DNA from: Cladosporium halotolerans | Taxonomy: Eukaryota | Reading direction: 5' to 3' | Length of the DNA: 64,000 nt | NCBI RefSeq assembly: GCF_011745625.1 | Contig: NW_027191456.1 | Span: 248,001 to 312,000 of the forward strand | Part shown: positions 60,102 to 64,000 of the stretch, piece after piece | How the letters are laid out: each line of letters begins with the position of its first letter | Numbering within the stretch: the stretch's first letter is position 1 | Made by a program: the position numbers and the translations under genes | Notes under the pieces: model-generated | What the model was told of the DNA's origin: nothing | What the model saw: only the letters and a program-made list of their open reading frames with translations | The model's database searches: none

Positions 60102-63100
60102 GGTGCGCAGACGGGATGAGCGAGAGGCCCGCGAAAGTCACAAATGATCTCGATGAGAACGCAGAGGGACAGCAGAATTGGAGAGAGTTCAGATCATCGA
60201 GGGAGATATCCAGTCGATTGCGGTCGCACGCACAAGGTGCTCCTCGTGCCTTATAATGAGGAACTGGGGTTCTAGGTGCGGGTGCTGCCATGCCGTGTCT
60301 CTACTGTGTTTAGGTGCGCGTGTGGGCTTCGCCCCTCGCGGATGTGGAGGCGCTAAGCTGGAGCAGAGGTGCACCGTTGCGTGTTCCAACGGCCCGGGAC
60401 ACGGATAGGGATCAAACCCAGTTGGCGGGAGAGCAGTAGGCTCACCGAGCCGACGGTATATTACCTCAATGCCGACTGCTCCGGAAGACTTCTCTAGACT
60501 CCAATAGTGTGTCTGACACGTGAGAACAAGCCTCGTGTCCTAGGCGATTGCGCGTGTTGTCAACCACGATTGGCCTGAATCCCAGCACAGAACTTTCACG
60601 ACGCAGATGGATTGGGCATTTTCTCAAGGCTGCAGGCGTTCCTGCATGCGGGACAAGGAGCAGGGGTAGGGCCAGCTGCAGTGAGCTGATGAACATGGAT
60701 GCAGTCGAGCTCGCAAACAGTTAACTAGCTAGTGCTGCATCCTGGTCGCTGGGGACCGACCCGCCAGACTGGTAGCATGGCACCTGCAAAACGCGTCGAG
60801 CTCGAGGTCCTCTATGAGATCGGCTGGTAGTGCTACCATGTCGGGCGGAGTGGAGCAAAGATCAGATGTCTTAATGCTTCGCTAGCTATCACCCTTTGCG
60901 CGAACTTGAGTACTGTCTTAAACTTACCGCGACCTCGAAGAGATCTCGAGATCCGTACCTTGGAAGGTGGGTACATGCTGCATGCTGCGAGCTGGATGGG
61001 AGACAGCCACCGCATTAGCTTGAGGGAGCTGGGTATAAGGAGAATACGTGTCAGGCACATATAGATCTCCTGCATGCGCTCCGCCCGTCGCTCTCAGCTC
61101 CGGAAGCGTACGACAGTGCGATGTTGAGCAGACATGGTGAGGGTGGGATAGTAGTCCAGAACATACTAATGACGCGTGGTGCAATTCAATAGCCCTTCGT
61201 GTCTGCGACATTCTCATGGGCCTCGAACCAGCAGAGGAAAAGAGTTAGAGACAGGTTAGCCAACGCGATGTGATGAAGTCAGGCGTGCGGGCTCGACTGA
61301 CCGGGGTTCGGGATGTGCGGGCCGCACAAATGGCGCCCGCGGAGTTTGAGCACTAGTCTTGTCTGGGCCTATAGCACCTGGTGTCATATGTTAGCAGCAG
61401 CAGCTACGAAGACTCCTGTCTAGATCTTGCGCAGTGCAATATACAGAAAGGCACTGGATCTACCAGGCTGCATGAGTCTCCTCGTTCCATGCAAGTATGA
61501 CTGCCAACCTACAGTGTTCTGACGGACTCTGGTCGCATGCTCATCTTCAGCCCTGGCGCACGCAGACCAAGAAGCACTCAGCCTCGGCCTGTTATCACCT
61601 CAAGCTTCAATTATACCCCAACGCTCAGCCAATATACACCAGATCGAGCTCCTCACCAAGCCTCTCCCCCGGCTGCGCGGAGACGGACACGAACGCGGGC
61701 GGCGTGGCAACGCCCACGAGGCTTGCAGGCTTGCCATGACAATACGTTCTTTACCTTTCCGAGCACATGGTCCCTGCCTTAATACTCGTCACCATGGCCA
61801 GAAATAAGTGACACAGTGAAGTGATCTTGTGCTCGGTCGAGCCAGGAGCTCGTTCTGAAATGCTGTGGCGCGGAAAGGGTTGAGCCGACCGTTGCAGTCA
61901 CGGACTCACGTCAACCACAGTCCGAAATCGCATGTGCTGATGTCTAGGTACGATGATGGGAAAGCAAGCGATTCGCATCATGCTTGGTCTAGGCCGCGAT
62001 TCTGGAAGAGGAATACTGGGCGATCCTTGACTGCCCCTTCCATTGCATCGGAGAAGGGCCCGTCTAGCTGCATGCAAGTCCCCGGAGCGGGATACCGAAG
62101 GTCTGGATATGATATAGGCTGCCCTATTCCTCCTCAACCTTTTTTGATGCATCTCTTGCTGCAGGGGTTGGATCATGCGCGTTCGCAGCTATACCGAGCG
62201 TTCTCTCTCGAACCGAGGTCCCTTTCTCAACATGACCATGGCCCAACAAAAACTCAAGATGAATGATGATTCGCAGGCTCTACGGATAACGACAAATACT
62301 CATGAGGCATCAAGACAGCTAGGAGGCCTCATGGTAGTTTCTCCAGTCATGCGGCTTACTGTACCGATGCAGAATGCAGGTGGAGAGCCGGACCAGCACA
62401 GGAACAAAGGCCTGCACACAACAGACGAATAGACTGACTCGTGCTGTCAAATGACCGAGAAAGAGGTACGCCGTCTCGTCCTTTGTTCTCGAATGGCTGT
62501 TGCTGTGGTGTCCATTATGGTCAGACACCTCCCCTCTCCAGGCCATGAGAACCACCTTTCTTCGCTCTCGAAGCTAGCCCAGCCGTGAGAAGTTACCGGC
62601 TTGAGGATTCCCCCTGTGCATTCTCACATTTGAGCACATCCAGCATGTTCGATGTCATTCATGCCGATAGCTACCTCCAAGGGGCGACGACGGTCGGTAC
62701 CAGCATTTCACAGAGGGGCGGGAACTGACAAGACCGATTCAGTGCTCCTTCTCCGGATACTCAGGTCATCAGGTATGTAATTGAGAATACACGGCGCACT
62801 GCTAAGGTGCTTCCTAGTCGTCAGATGAATTTCGACCGCGTCGCGATGTTCATCATCGCCATTCTTTTATGTCTTTGATGCTCACCTGACTGCTGGTCGA
62901 AGAGGTCGAACATTGCATTGCAGGGATGTTTTGGTGATCTTGACGTTTGTGAGGTGGTGTGAGGGAGTGCCGTCCTGCGTAGAGCGTTTGTGCCACCAGA
63001 TATCACCACCAGATATCAGGTGACCAGAACAACCGAGGAACCCGCTCTTGTCGACGAGATTGCATGGCCATCAGATCGCAAGATTAACATTGGCCCTTTT

Positions 63101-63371
63101 CCGATGAGTACTTGGGCTGTTGAGATCACATACAAGTAAAGTTCCGTCAGATGTCAAATGCGCCCTACAACGTTCCTCTGACATGGACCCTTCCCAAAAC
63201 GGAAGTTAAATCCTGGCCTCGGCATGAACCCCATGCAACTGTATCTAGTGAGTATCATCAGGCGTGACTCAGATTGGTTGTTCTACTTCCATCACTCTCT
63301 CGATCCCGAATCTCGTAGTGCGACCAAGGATTGGTCTGAGGGACAAAACATCAAGCGCATCCAATCCGACT

Positions 63372-64000
63372 ATGGCCTATACCTATGCTATTGTGGCAAT
63401 CGCCGCCCTCATCTGTGCCTTCATCATTCAGAAGTACACAAGGCAAAGCGACCCGGGACACGAAGGCACACGAGAGAAAGACATCGAACAAGACGATGCC
63501 CTCAAGGCGTATCAAGATATTGAGCCACTCACTGAGCTTGATTGGCAGTCAACTCCACCAATGAAGCTCCGGCCTTTCAAGCCGAAATACCATTTGACAA
63601 TGGGTAAGTGAGAAAGAACATAATGATTTACTCAACTGACTCAGCACAACCATTGACAATCACAAAGGTCTCGAAAATGTTCCCCTCTCCGATCTTATTC
63701 AGATGGATAGCACCTACCTCGATCGTATCAAGCTCCGCCGTGAGATCATGAATACTCACACTGAGGCTACACTAGCCTGCAATGCTGTAGCCGAAGATGC
63801 TGCCATGGAGCTGTACACTTGGCTCGTAGAGGTCTACTTACCAAAACGGTTCCCGACCTGCTTCGCCGTCGTACCTTCAGCTGAGCAGTCATCCCATTCC
63901 GAAAAGCCGCAAACCCCGCATCGTCAACTGCTCAACAAGATCACCGGCGAAACAGTACCTTTGCAGCCTACAGATGGTCTTACTGGCCTACGTACACTCA
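63372..64000 (+). CDS. DUF3445/HRQ-family protein, 5' part (intron 63604-63667; runs off the window)
   Basis: N-terminal TM segment, then LRPFKPKYHLTMG|LENVPLSDLIQMDSTYLDRIKLRR and YLPKRFPTCF. Confidence 0.78.

Noticed and set aside
60150..63300. 3-kb interval between the PTH11-like and DUF3445 genes
   Set aside because: Only short ORFs without motifs. No tRNA, snoRNA or repeat could be supported by eye.

Overview
Eukaryotic, intron-containing genomic DNA from a filamentous ascomycete. It has short GT-AG introns with CTRAC branch points, and the gene content suggests Pezizomycotina, possibly Dothideomycetes (inference). About 19 protein-coding genes are supported: TRM1, RAD26/CSB, an Asteroid/XPG-like PIN protein, a sugar porter, a Baeyer-Villiger monooxygenase, two other MFS transporters, sphingolipid delta-8 desaturase, RSC7/NPL6, SFH5, a secreted repeat protein, a secreted-type inorganic pyrophosphatase, PLC1, GGPP synthase, IMP4, UPF1/NAM7, an Argonaute, a PTH11-like receptor and a truncated DUF3445 gene. 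The most unusual item is an intronless Argonaute (54723-58100). It carries two N-terminal CCHC zinc knuckles and an intact DEDD slicer tetrad, but its PAZ domain appears to lack the guide 3'-end-binding segment. Other notable items are a degenerate ~100-bp-period direct-repeat array (30930-31470), a signal-peptide-bearing PPase with all catalytic residues, and a secreted protein with 9-aa repeats ending in Ala-Arg. A 10.6-kb gene-poor stretch contains an interstitial telomeric repeat and stop-interrupted coding remnants. All calls come from reading the sequence by eye. No database searches were run, and exon boundaries are manual predictions.
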